Assembly (NCBI GenBank): GCA_024704765.1
Contig: JAKMXF010000044.1
Location: 186,001-250,000, forward strand
Origin: Oopsacas minuta
Lineage: Eukaryota; Animalia; Porifera
Direction: 5' to 3'
DNA length: 64,000 nucleotides
The translations under genes were made by a program, and so were the position numbers. This document shows positions 37,930-50,605 of the stretch, one piece after another. Positions within the stretch are counted from its first letter, which is position 1. Every line of letters begins with the position of its first letter. The notes below the pieces were generated by a model. It had not been told where the DNA came from. It was given only the letters and a program-made list of their open reading frames with translations, and did no database searches.

Positions 37930-40900
37930 ATGGATCGCAAACCTAACCCTACAGCTCCGCAAGAATCGATAACAGCTCTCTCCTCGAAGCGGCCTAAAGC
38001 AAGGACTCGCAAATGCACTAAGGTTCTCCCACGCAGAGGCTACATTTCTATAATCAGGATATCAGTAAGGACCCGTTCTAAACCTATGTTACCACGTTCA
38101 GCTCAAGGTGAAATACAGAGAGATCGCACATACCATCTGGTATGAGAGTCCTTGATGCGGTTATCCTAGCAGAGGTATTCTCTACGTTTCGTTGCAACGA
38201 CTGTATTGACCGTTTTGCCCTATACGAAGAAAGTTTGATCCATGGCTTGCAGACTATCTCCAGGGTCGAATGCGATAGATGTAATCAAGAACATGCTAGG
38301 TTCCCTTCTTCACGCTCTCTCGACATACCTAGCTACCATACCTGTGTCAATATGCCATTTACATCGAGGGATATGATTGAAGTTACCATGAGATCTGTAA
38401 TGGCTGTACACTGAACTTGTATGTCGTGGCGTAGCTTACACAAGATTTCAAGAATATTTGATATGTTGCCACCACTTCAAAGCATCCCATCTCTATACTT
38501 ACATTGTCTAGAAGCTGTTACCACTGCTGGAGTAACAACTGCTATGTCTGATACAACTAAACAGTTACACCAACTAATAGACTGTGAACGATCGCCTGGA
38601 CCAAACGATACAACTTACTATCAGTTTCGAGAGCTCCTGGAAGACCAGAGGATTCTATTCAAATATAGGCTTCGGTGCTGTTATCTCTAGTGACACCAAG
38701 AAGGTATTAGACTACGAGATCATGAGCCGACTCTGCGAGAAGTGCTCTATATAGACAGAGGAGAACCAACAAGATAGAGCGGTAGAGTACTAGAGGTAGT
38801 TGGAAGGTCATAAGGCCAACTGTAACAGAAACTACATCGGATCTTCTCAAAGTATGGATCCAGAAGTAGCCAAGCGGATTTGAGTCGGCCTTAGAGAAGA
38901 ATCGTTTGGTTTACTCGGTGTTTGTTGGGGAAGTAATCTAAGATTCAAAGAGCTTCCAGCAGCTGAAAGAGCTAGATCCATACCCTCTAGTGAAGATACG
39001 AAAAGAAGAGTGTAAAACACATGTAGCCAAGCGTCTGAAGAAGGCCAAAAGAACAATAAACGAAGTACAAAGAATCATTCTTATGTACAACACGCACTCT
39101 CTGAATGGAAGGTTGGCTATATTGCTGCAAATTATTCTACTTTTATCTATCAACATCGTGATTCAAAAGCAACCTAGCTGTGTACAGGTCTACACGTACT
39201 AGTTGATCATGTGGTAAGGGATCATTCGGGCTGTTCTACTGGGTAGAAATCATGCTGCCGGTGGAGAAGCCCATCAAACTCTACAACACCCACTGCTTTG
39301 ACAACCTTCACACCAATTGATATCGAAAAGGTGAAAGAAGTGTGGGAGTCTAGCGTATCTCCTGCCTCAACAGTCTTCTTCTGATTCTTCCAGCAGTTAT
39401 GACGAGTCTGATATCTTGTGCAGCAGAGTGGACCATGGGTCGATGGGTCATGGGTCATGGGTCAGATGGGTCACGTAAATCAATGGGTCACATGGGTCAT
39501 GGGTCACGGCTCCGTGACCCATGACCCATGTGGAATTTTTATGGATTATTCAGTTTGCAAATCACTCATAATTATTGCGATATTTTCAAAAAATACTTAA
39601 GACATGCCAACAGATTATCCATGGTTTATTATGTCCATTTAGTCGTATACTAATAGGCTTACGCATTATTTTGATATTGTATGTACTTAAAAATACTTCC
39701 ATACCTTAGTTACTTACACACATATCTCACTATTCTATTGCCAAGTTTCAAATATATTTAGTAATTATGAATAAAGTTCACGGGACTTATCTACAATGAG
39801 TTTATATATATACATTATTCAATTAGTTAATATATTTCAGTTAGATGTCATGGTCTGCATCTTCTCTATGCGACGCTATTCGCAGGAATGAAGTTACATT
39901 AAAAGAGAATTTGGATAAATCGGTCAAGTCCGAATGTTGGAAATCTTTTCGAATTCTGGAGCAAAGTGATGGTAGCGAAATATTTGGCTGGTGTTGTTGT
40001 AACCGATGTTACTGTTGTATCCAATACAAAGCTGTAAAGGACGATTCAGTCAAATTATTTGGAACGAAGAATATGATTGACCACATGAGAACTTGCGTTT
40101 CGTTGTCTAACTCGTTACAGCCAACCTTAAAGTCTTACCTAAAACCGGCTCACCACAAATTTCCCAATGTTGAATGTAAAGCAATCAAAGATGCAGAGGT
40201 TAAGATGGTAGTACAGGGTGGGACATCTTTCATTTTGTGGAAAATGTCGGTCTTCGTGAATTTGCTCAATTAATGGTCCAGATGGGCAGTAAATATGGTA
40301 ATATTGATGTTGCTGATCTCCTCTATAGTCGCCAAACTATTCAACGTTCTACCTTTTTGAAAATGAAGGAATGTCAGGAACTAATTCGATGTAAAGTTGC
40401 TCAGTATGGTCAGCAAAAATGTGTCTCATTTACTACAGACCTTACTACAGACGATGTAAATAAGAACAGTTTTATGGACTTTACAGTCTTCTGGATCACT
40501 GAGGACTACGAATTATGTCACGCTATGTATAAGTGTGAATACTTTGAGCAACGGCATACAGGATACAATATTAAACAAGCTATTGACTCCATTTTATCCG
40601 AATTGAACCTTGATATTTATGACACCCCATGTACAACCGATAAGGGTTCAAACATCATAGCAGCTACAACTGATAAAACCCATGTAGATTGTCTTTGTCA
40701 CAGATTAAATACTGTCATAGATTCAGCTTGGAAGGAAATTCTTCAACAGAACGAAGAGTTAATGTATCTTGATCAATTTTGTCATGAATTGGTAAGGTTT
40801 GTCAACCACTCTTCAGGAATACAGAGTAACCTTCCTTCTACTCTGAAGCACGGAGGATTGACTCGACCTTGGAGAAGCTTATCAAACATGTTCGTCTCAA

Positions 40901-42183
40901 TTTTGAAAAGTCGTGAAGCGTTATTGTTTGAATTACGCAACCGGAAAAGGAACATCTTATTTCGCGTATAAATATTGATTTACTGCGTGATGTGGTAGAC
41001 TTTTTGGAGCCTTTATCTACTTTCTTTGATATGCTTGAATTTGCCAATGTGCCGACTCTTCAAAATGGCTTGCCAGTATATTACACACTTTATGAGACAT
41101 GGAAACCTAATGATTCAGATAATACGATCATTACGACTTTAAAGTCCAAGTTCCTAAAGTTTCTAACTGAAAAATTTGGTCAAGTTTGGGAATGTTGCAC
41201 TTTGTGGATACTTATTTAGATACTTCTTTGAGATATTTTGCCTTTGTGACATCTGTAGCGGATAGGAATTTATTTCTAGTTCAAGTGTTAGAAAGTATAC
41301 ACGTTTTGTCAGAAGATATAACACTAGATGATATGGGTTGTGCTAGTAAAGATGTTACAAATGAACCTGAAACTGAATGTATGGGCGAGGCTACTCCTAC
41401 AAAAAAGAAGAAGACAAATCCATTTAGTTGGTTCTACAGTATTGAGATGGCCTCCCAAAAATCTACCGATGGAATGCAATGTTCTGAATCATTAAGAGGA
41501 ACAATTGAAACCGAACTGTTTCAGTATAATTTAGAAAAAGTGCCACAACCTCGAGTCGGGTACAATCCACTCGAGTGGTGGGAAGAAAAACAGATACTTT
41601 ATCATAACCTTGCTCAGTTGGCGAAAAGAGTTTTTGTAATACCCGCTTCGTCGGCAGAAAGTGAACGTCATTATAGTGCGTTTAATGCTAGAAACATAAT
41701 TACGTCAATGAGAAACCACCTGAACCCAGAAACTGTACAGGCAATTTCTGTAGTGTTAGATGGGTACAATAATAGTTTAATTGATTAGCATCATTTAATT
41801 ATGGTTGTTACTAGTATAGACTGAGTTTCGTGTGTGTTGTTACTACTATCTGATTAGATTTTTAGAAATTGAGTCACATAATGAGTCAATGGGTCAGTTG
41901 ATGGGTCAATGGGTTGGATGGGTCCTGGGTCAATGGGTCAATGGGTCATGAGTCTTGGATACGATGGGTCATGGGTCACCAATGGTGACCCATGGTCCAC
42001 CCTGTTGTGCAGCATATGCCACCATAAAGAGCCAGACCTATAGCAAAGAGAAGATTCGGAAAGAAGAATCAATCGCAATGGGTATGCTGTGACAACTGCA
42101 ATGATTGGATTCATTGCTACTGTACTGATGTAGATTTCGAGATTGCCTCTGCTGGCTCTTTCGCCTGTGACAAGTGTTCCTGA
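37930..42183 (+). pseudogene. Kolobok-like ('Mutator-like' domain) transposase relic with C-terminal PHD finger; coding parts 37930-39423 and 42005-42183
   Basis: CNDC..GL..CDRC; ISFESSWKTRGFYSNIGFG..KKVLDYEIMSRLCEKC; H..NC..NYIGSSQSM; KEECKTHVAKRL (CxxH). After removing the hAT: LCSIC...QWVCCDNCNDWIHCYC...FACDKC* (C4HC3). Termini not identified. Confidence 0.78.
39424..42004 (+). mobile_element. hAT (Ac/Hermes-like) element, full length, transposase broken by three frame changes
   Basis: Perfect 8-bp TSD TTGTGCAG (39416-39423 and 42005-42012). 17 of 18 bp TIR CAGRGTGGACCATGGGTC with dense ATGGGTC subterminal repeats. ORFs 39845-41788 give BED-like finger, SFTTDL, TTDKGSN, CLCHRL, TRPW, WW...IPASSAESERHYS. 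Confidence 0.97.
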
Positions 42184-42635
42184 TGCGTAAATTGATTTGA
42201 TTTGATTCCTACATATCTCTGATTTTTCTTTTCTTATATACTATGATTATATTGATCGAAGGTGCTGTGGAATTATATTCTATATTTTAAAATCTCTTCC
42301 CAAGTTACAACCAGGTGGGAGCAGATGGTTGCAGTAAACTGCTTCCAAAAACCCTCCAGGATCAATAAATCCGACTTATGTACATTAATTTCTATTTCAA
42401 TTCAAATTTACTCTTTTCTTACGATTTGTCAAGTTTTCAATATCCTTACCAATAGTTATTTTGTAACATTTTTCTTATTTATTTTCGACTTTTCTGTAAG
42501 CCCTATTATTTAATTATTTTCATATTCTATATGTTTCTATTCTCCTTTTGTAGGCCAATGTGGGTGAATTCTTTACTATACATGATTTCGATCCTTCGAT
42601 TTTCCATGACTCCTGGTAAATGAAGTAGGATTATA

Positions 42636-42726
42636 CAGTAGAACTAGGCTAGTACGTAATCAGCTTAAGACGTACTGCCGTACTAATTTTCGTTTCCAGG
42701 GAGGTACGTTTATCCGAGTTCTACTG
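42636..42726. mobile_element. Tiny Tc1/pogo-type MITE (91 bp)
   Basis: TIR CAGTAGAACT / AGTTCTACTG with TA flanks. Confidence 0.7.
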
Positions 42727-43060
42727 TATCTATCTATATTATTTAATCTCAATTTGTGTGTGTGTGTGAATATCTATTTATCCTAAAAGACAGGCAGATT
42801 GATGTCCATTTATCCTATATACTTCATATGGCTCAAAATATAATGTGCATTGTTGTACATATCTCATAATATGTATAAACCCATCAATAACAATGTGGAT
42901 AACGCATATACTTGGGATATTCAGAGTCACTTTAGACCTAAATCATTTGTCTTGCAGAACGACAGAATTCGAACCAGTTATTTCTCCTAGTAAAGGAGAC
43001 CCGAGCAATGAATTTGGATACAAGTTCTTGAGTAATTTAACATAATATATATATATATAT

Positions 43061-43560
43061 ACTAGCGCGCTATGCTTGCTTGCGAACACTTCGTGTCCGC
43101 ATTTGGGCCTTCGGCCCTCGCTTTGTGGAAAGTTACTTTTGCTGTTCCAAATTTAATAATTGTTTACTGTTTAGTTGTAAACGACAACAAATATTAATCA
43201 CATGTTAGTAACAATATCATATTCGGAATCACCGCACCCGGTTACCTAACTTCATCGTACTATGTTTCTAGGAAAATTTTGAAATTTCAATGAGTTTTAT
43301 CTACTTTATAATCATTATAAACAACATTAAATTTTCATATGACCAACTCAAAAGTGTGAAATTCGGATTCACCATATTCAATAATCTTTAGTCAAGTTTT
43401 GTGGAATTTGTTTCCTTTCCCGATTTACACCATAGACAAAGAGATACAAACATTTTGGCGATACGAATTATGATTCAACATTCCATTTCAGCTTTCCGAG
43501 CAACGTACAAACAGACAAACAAACAAACAGACAAACTACAATTGAGATTCAGTAATACTA
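43061..43560 (+). repeat. Helitron/Helentron-like non-autonomous repeat (related copies at about 50140-50200 and 53520-53745)
   Basis: Starts ACTAG after a (TA)n run and ends in an (ACAA/ACAG)n tract plus CAATTGAGATT. The blocks AAAAGTGTGAAAT.CGGATTCA and ACAGACAAAC..CAATTGAGATT recur at 53550-53735. No TIR or TSD seen; the family call is inference. Confidence 0.5.
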
Positions 43561-44595
43561 ATACTTTACCATTTTACTATTCCAAGTTTGTCCCCATATA
43601 CACGTAACTAAGTCTTCACTACGTTCGCTACCCTTTCTTCGCTCTCAATATGACACTGACTGTTAATCCGCATGCGCTATGTACTTTAAACTACATGGTT
43701 CATTGGCTAGAAGAGGCTTGTAATGATAGCGTAATCTCGGGTTTGTAACTTGAGTCCTGGTCCAAAATGGCTTCTGGAAGGGCTAGAGACACTATCTCGG
43801 GTCCATATAACGGATTTTGAGGACGGCGGTTCGATGGCGCCATTTTCAACACCGCCTGGGGTAATCTTGAATGTCAAAAGGTCATATTTCTAGGTCAAAT
43901 GGGTGAATTTTGGTAATATTTGCCCATTTTTTCTGTCTAACTAATAAACGGGAGAGATTCTGATTGTAATGAGACACAGTAGTGTATAGCAGCCCAAATT
44001 TGATATTTATTCTCATATACCGTATTGCTTTAAATACGCGCCCCGGACTTATTTTTTTCGTAGATGAGTAAACCTCGGCGCTTATTCACATTTCACCACA
44101 TCTCCGTAGATATTACTGAAGCCCTAGTAAAGAATTTTCATTGAGTGCCACTGCCTTAGTGTATAGAATGCTATGACAGTATATATTCAATATATTTATT
44201 TTATCTGGACGGAGGTGAATAATTAGGGAGGGCTGGACAATCAACAAGTGTATTCGCATTTGTATTATCTTCATCGTTTGATTTGTTTACAATCTAACAC
44301 AATTGATTTACTATTATATATTTCTGTCAGATTCTTATTTGTTTTCGATATCTATCACTTGGCTTCTAGCTTCTATTTATTATACGCTACATATGATAAC
44401 TATGGATTCCGTTCTTATGACTTCCCATTCCTTTAATTAATAGATATATTATTTCAAATTTTCTATTTGGTTTAGACTTTTGATTTCATTTTACGTATAT
44501 TCTTTTTCTTGTAATCATTTTTTATTGTTTGTTTATTAAAGGTAAGCATCTTAATCCATGCAATAATTTTAGTTGAATAATTTCATTGGCAAGTA

Positions 44596-44854
44596 CACTC
44601 GAACCTCCGAGATCCGGGCAGTGTTATCCAATTGGTGCCCGTAACTTGGAATTTGCCCCGATCTTAGAACAACCGTCGCTCTATGGTATAGTTATAACAT
44701 ACCTCGAATAATAATTGTCAGTAGTGTTGAGTTCAAATTGATAGCGAGAACATTCCCATCACTCAGTTTCTAAGTTACTGCGAGTCAATTTCTAAGTTAC
44801 TGTCATTATATGGACGCCCGGATCTTGGAGGTCCGAATCTCGGAGGTTCGAGTG
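44596..44854. mobile_element. Tc1/pogo-type MITE
   Basis: Perfect 18-bp TIR CACTCGAACCTCCGAGAT, with TA at the left flank. Confidence 0.85.
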
Positions 44855-45259
44855 TGTAAGCATTGTTTCAGGAATACTTAAGTAATTATAATTTTCAAAA
44901 AACTATTCATAATCAAACATTTTTCGAAAAATCATTACTGTTTATTCAAGCACAATTAATAAAATAGTAGAACTCGAGTAAGACGTAGCCACTTTGGGGA
45001 AACACCCCTTTAAGATAGACCATGAATAGTCCCAACTAACACCTTTCTCTGCAGTGCCCCATTTACACAAATGCTATTCATATATCATGTCACAAATTGT
45101 ATTTATCCCGTGAATCATACGTAAGTAAATATATTTAGTAAATTTTATTAATATAAGCTAATATTAGATGCCGTTTTGCCTTCCCAATTTTTGTAAAGAA
45201 GTTGGACGATAAACAACTAATTTATTTATATGACCTAATGTAATTCGATATAACCTAGT

Positions 45260-45719
45260 AAGTACAACCTCTATAAATGGGGGAATTTTGGATCTTCTTT
45301 GTTCATTTCCATCTCAGGGGTATACTATTTACATTAATTAACTACCGTAAACTGAGGCTACTTTGGCCCTCTGGGTTTGCTTTAGCCCAAATATTGAAAT
45401 TTGCTTATGTATTGAATAGATATTGTATTTGTATTCGAAATTGTCTACCAATATTTGGAAACTCGGTAAAAACTTGGCAAGTCATTTTCAAGTACAATAT
45501 TGAATCCAATCTAGTTTCTTTGGAGCTTTCATATTTGGGCTAAAGCAAACCCAGTGAGCCAAAGTAGCCCCAGTTTACGGTAATTAATTAATTAAAAGAA
45601 TAGTCGAAGCATTTAGCAAAAATGCGCACTTCATAATACGAATTATAATCGGGGAATGAGGGGAGGGGTAATTTCAATTTCGCCGCTCCCACGCTCCCCC
45701 ACTTATAGAGGTTGCACTG
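45260..45719. mobile_element. Two nested TA-flanked MITEs (inner 45345-45580)
   Basis: Outer TIR AGTRCAACCTCTATAARTGGGG. Inner TIR of about 50 bp CCGTAAACTGRGGCTACTTTGGC..CTGGGTTTGCTTTAGCCCAAATAT with TA flanks. Confidence 0.85.
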
Positions 45720-45784
45720 TATTCTAAAAGGACTTATAGATTAACTACATAGCTATTTTAAATCAAATTATTTGTAAACACATA

Positions 45785-47070
45785 CGAACGGCATTCGAAA
45801 AGTTTTGCCGTTTGATATGAAACTATTAATCTATCGGATATTTTTCCGCATCCGTCTTTTCAGACATATTTTATTAGTCTATTTTGAACTTTCATTCATT
45901 TATCTCTTCTACTTTCATAAATTAGATCATTTTAGTATACATGGCTTCTAAAATATCTCAATCTAAATCAGATCTCACAAAACGTGATTTTCGAGTAATG
46001 ATTTTGATCTTATTCAACCTACAGAAGACAAGAGTAGAAATCTATGAATCTTTACAGGAACATATCCCAGATCTAGTTCCTTCTCTAAGTACAGTTGGAC
46101 GATGGTAAGGGAATTTATTCACGGATACTTTGTTCTTGAAGATGCCCCTCTTCAGGAAGACCGAATATTTCACATAATAAAGAAAATGTTAACGAAATGC
46201 TGGATCTAATTACTAAAGATCCTCATATTACGTACGCTCAGTTAGAGTATGAAACCGAGTTATCATCGGGGACAATTAATTTCATTTTGCACAAAGAGCT
46301 TTGTGTTAGAAAGTTGAGTGCCGATGGATCCCCCATTCTTTGAACTTACAGCAAAAAATATCCCGCATAGAGTTTTGCAAAATTATGCACAATAGGTTTG
46401 CTAATGGAAGTTCAAGCTGTTTCTGAGATCCTTACAGGTGATGAGACATGGATATACCATTATGATCCAGAAACAAAGCGAATGTCAAAGGAGTGGGTTG
46501 AAGAAGATGACCCACCTCCAACCAAAGTGCGGAGGGCTAGATCTGTTGGAAACAAATGTGGGTGATTTTTTCAGATCAAGTGGGTTTGTCGAAGCTGTTG
46601 CTCTCGAGGATAGAAAGACTGTTCTGCCAACTGGTCCACTACAGTGTGCCTACCCAAAGTCATCACAGCAATTGAGTCACAGCGGGAGAAGACAGGCATT
46701 AGAGGAATTCTGCATCATCGCATACGGCAATCAGAAGTCGTGAGTTTTTGGAAAATTCTGGACTCAAAACATTGCATAACCCGCCCTACAGTCCTGATTT
46801 AGCCCCTTGCGTCTTCTGGTTGTTCCCTAGACTCAAAGATCAATTACGTGGAAGGAGATTTTCGACTAATGATGAGTCGAGACGGGCACTTTTCCAAGCG
46901 ATCGGTGACATACCCAAAGAAGAGTGGAAAAATGTTTTGATAATTGGTTTGCCAGAATGAAAAAATGTAATAGATTGTCAGGGAGAGTATTTTGAAAAAG
47001 TGTAATAGTCAAATTTATGATTACTAATATGATATGTCGGTCAACGTCAAAACTTTTCGATTGCCCCTCG
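45785..47070 (+). mobile_element. Full-length mariner, pseudogenised
   Basis: TIRs CGAACGGCATTCGAAAAGTTTTG vs CGAGGGGCAATCGAAAAGTTTTG with TA flanks. Motifs WIPHSL, TGDETWIYHYDPETK and PPYSPDLAPCVFWLFPRLK (third catalytic Asp replaced by Val). Confidence 0.93.
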
Positions 47071-47883
47071 TACAAGTGGTGATTATTCTAAGATTGGAAT
47101 TTATTGTAAACTTAGATTCTAAAATGATGTTACAATAACAATCCTTTTGTATCCTATTGTGTTGCGAATTGTCGACTTCCCATTTATAGGTATAGGTATA
47201 TTCTATTAGTTTTATAATTTTCCACTTACAGAACGCAAAAGTTATAAACGATAATGTTATTTTCAGAGTCACTCGAATCTAAAAATATTTAAATATCTTT
47301 TGAGCCTACGCTGTAGCGTCTCCATGTCTTCCGTTTCCGCTAAAAACACAAACCAAAAACGTAGAGCAATATAAAAATTCTAACCTGGGAACGGGAAATT
47401 GGCTCGAAATATACAGTGCCGAATTCCCAGTTAGCAAGGTTCCATTGAGTAGTGAATAATTATATAATAATTTCATTGATGTACAGTTGGATTTAGGTTA
47501 TTGTCACATCGTATTTTTCAATTGGAGAAAACCACGAACTCGACTGTATTCTACATATTCAATTTACTATTTTTGCAATGCATTCCGTTCATTTATTGCC
47601 GAGCAAGAACCACTTATCAATTGAGCCACAAGTGTCTTAAAAGGTCCTATTATTGAACATCGGATCAACTCATTGGTTCATCATCAAATTAATTACACTC
47701 AATTTGTTCCACTAAATATCTACTGTTAATTGATTAGTATAAAGTGGCGCTGTTAAATGCCACTATGCCACATGTGGTACAAATTGAAATGGCTCTCTTC
47801 AGTAAGTAATTACCGAAATGCTTCAAAATGAACAATAATGTATGTATTCACTACTTTGATCTAATTTAGGCTCAGCTTGTAAT

Positions 47884-49041
47884 ATGATTTTTATTTCGAT
47901 TTTATATTTATATAATCCCAATAGTATGGCCGACATACATTCGACTGATAAAACGTCCACTTTTGCAAAGCATAATGTTTCATCAATAAGCTCCATAATT
48001 TGCAAGAAACATCGTTGCATTAAAAAGTATCGTCGCCATTTACCAACGCACGTGAAGGAGGGAGAAATTGCGGCAGAGGATGTAAACAAGATTATTTTCA
48101 ATTGTCGTGTAACCAGATCCGATAAAAAGAAGATTTATCACGATGAAATTCAGAAAGGCTATAGTAGAAGTGATATTGAATAATGCTTATAGTAGAAGTG
48201 ATATTGAATAATGCGCAGCGCTCTGGCATCATAGAGGGGATGAGAATTCGAGAAGTTTTAAGTGCAAGAAACAATGTAAATGAAGATAGTCTACACTATT
48301 TATATGTGGAAGAACATAAAACAGGTCACATGCAGCCAGCAATAATGTATCTGGATTCGGAAATGTATAATTACCTATTGATATTCGCGGTAGTTGTGAT
48401 TCCGCAGTTACCACGATTGGAAGTTCCAAGATCTGGTGAGGATAGTCGAGTATTTCAAACATGGAAGTCTCAAATTTTACATTCGAGCAATGTAAATCAT
48501 TGTTTTAGAGCAGGGTTACCTTATTTGGGATTAATGATCCACATGGATGCCCCACACATATAGGAAGGTGGCATCAACTCTAATTAGCATGCACAGGCCA
48601 GAGCTCCAGGAAACGCTCTCCCAATTCATGTGCCATTTGCGATCTACTGCCGAAAAACATTACCGTACTCACATGGCGCATAGAGGAATGTACACAATTT
48701 TTAAAGAATTAGGGAGATGCCAAGCTATTGAGGGACATGTCGCAGACTTCATCACTTCTCCCCATGAAACTCCCACTAACCTTCCTGACTCTAATATTGA
48801 GACTGAAATTGACGAAGTTATTGAAGTGGACATCAGTGCCAATACAGATGCTTCAGATATTGAATCGGTATCGCCTCTAGCAGTGGATTTGATAGATGAA
48901 ATAAAATATCAAGAGGAACTATCTCACCCCAAATTTCATTCAAAATGGAATGCGAAAAGTTTCCTTTGTGATCAAACGGAAGAAGATACTTTTTTCCGAG
49001 TTTTTGGGAGTATGATAACGGATTCAATTGACTTCGTCTAG
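47884..49041 (+). pseudogene. Tyrosine recombinase (phage-integrase fold), Crypton-like or unclassified YR element, frameshifted
   Basis: NNAQRSG (Arg I), EHKT (Lys), HTYRK (HxxR) and MCHLRSTAEKHY (His/Tyr) across ORFs 48183-48563 and 48547-49041. A 28-nt-period tandem duplication lies at 48160-48214. Confidence 0.8.
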
Positions 49042-49499
49042 TATGTACAAGGGATGTTTGCCGCTAGCTCAGAATTCAGAATTTAAGACTATATGGGGTA
49101 GACTGGTGGAGCATTATGGATATGCGGCAGCGAGTAAGAAGATTACGGCAAAATTTGAATTTATGGCAGAAACCACCGAATGAAGACTCCAGAATCAGAT
49201 TGAGAATTATTGCTAATACCCAAGCTAAAGCGCCTTAGTATCGAAGAGAAACTTTCCATCTGCTAGAGATACAGCAAGAAAGCTGTCAGTAACTATCAGT
49301 AACTTGGCATGACTTGTTGTTCTAGTCTATTTCTAGTTGTTTTGAGTGCTTTATAGTATCGTAAAAAGTGCACTTGGCTGATGAAAAATCCCGCAGATAT
49401 TTCAAAATTGTTTTTTTTCATTCTGGTGTTTTTGCCTGTTTTTGCTGGAACCTGTCGATGCAAAAACACCCGATTTAACTTATATCAATTTGTATTTCC

Positions 49500-50040
49500 G
49501 TGTATTTGATTAGTTTATGGACAGCCTAACAATGGCGGGGATTTGGTGGAAGATTTAGCCAAACAGCTAAAAGAAATGAAAACAAGGGTGGAACAGAAAC
49601 AATAGAAAATTCTGAATTAAGAGCGGAGATAAGAGAGCTGAGGGAAATCAATAGGCAGGTCAATGACGAGTTTACAGAACTAAAGCACAAATTTGATTGT
49701 GTTCTAGAGAAGGAGCAAGCCATGGGGGTATGGTGGGAGCAGGAGAAGGTAGAATGGGAACAAAAGAGGCACTTGGAAAAGCAAAGACATATGAGGGAAT
49801 TGGATTCGAGATTTGAGAGCAAGGAAGATAACAAAGAGAGAATAGAAGAATGGGACCGGTAATTTAAAGAAGTTTTGATGTGGGAAGAGAGATCGAGGAG
49901 GCGTGCAGCTGACGATAGAGAGAAGAGCGATAGATATGAGAACATAATTTTCGATTGGCAGGTGTGGGATGATGACGGGAGGAGAGGCCCCGCCGTCGTC
50001 AATCTGAATAAGAATATAGGTAGGCAGCTGTGATAGACTC
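49500..50040 (+). other. Purine-rich decayed coiled-coil coding stretch, possibly a retroelement ORF1/gag relic
   Basis: The plus strand reads ENSELRAEIRELREINRQVNDEFTELKHKF... with stops. The two listed minus-strand ORFs are antisense shadows. No diagnostic domain. Confidence 0.3.
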
Positions 50041-50315
50041 TGCAATGGATAACTTTTATATTAGCTACTTGGTAGGTTTATTAGTACTAGTGGTATGTAG
50101 TATAAGTGCCAGAGTTAGTTGGTATTTATTAATACATATCACTCCGCTTGCTCGCGCTACTCCGTTTGCTGACACTTCATGTCCGCACTAGGAAGAAAAT
50201 TAGCCCTGATTGTTGAAAAATTGAAGAATAAAATTATTAATTATCTTTTCGTGAGCATGCTCAAATCTAACATAATCAGATAGAAAACGGAACTAAAATG
50301 GGGAAACAAAGTAAG

Positions 50316-50605
50316 CAAGGCCGGGGAAGCTGAGGCAGCCAGGGCCGCCCCACCTTTAGCAAAATAATATTAGCCCTATGCAGAAGGGCCTGAGCCGCTC
50401 TACTTTGTATTTCCTTACCGATGAGGTCCGCCCCACCTTTCATGTGCTTTTGCCCAGAAGCATAGTAATAGGGGGACCTGGCTCGCCAATTTTATACAAT
50501 AACATTGAATAGGATATTCTATCCAAATAATGGCCACCACTAAAATATATTCGGCCCCCCCCCAAAGAAATTTGGGTGGCTATGCTCATGCTTCCGCCGT
50601 CTTTG
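50316..50605. mobile_element. GC-rich hAT-type MITE
   Basis: Imperfect TIRs CAAGGCCGGGGAAGC / GCTTCCGCCGTCTTTG. Similar flanks GTAAGCAA / ATAAGCAA; left boundary ambiguous. Confidence 0.5.
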
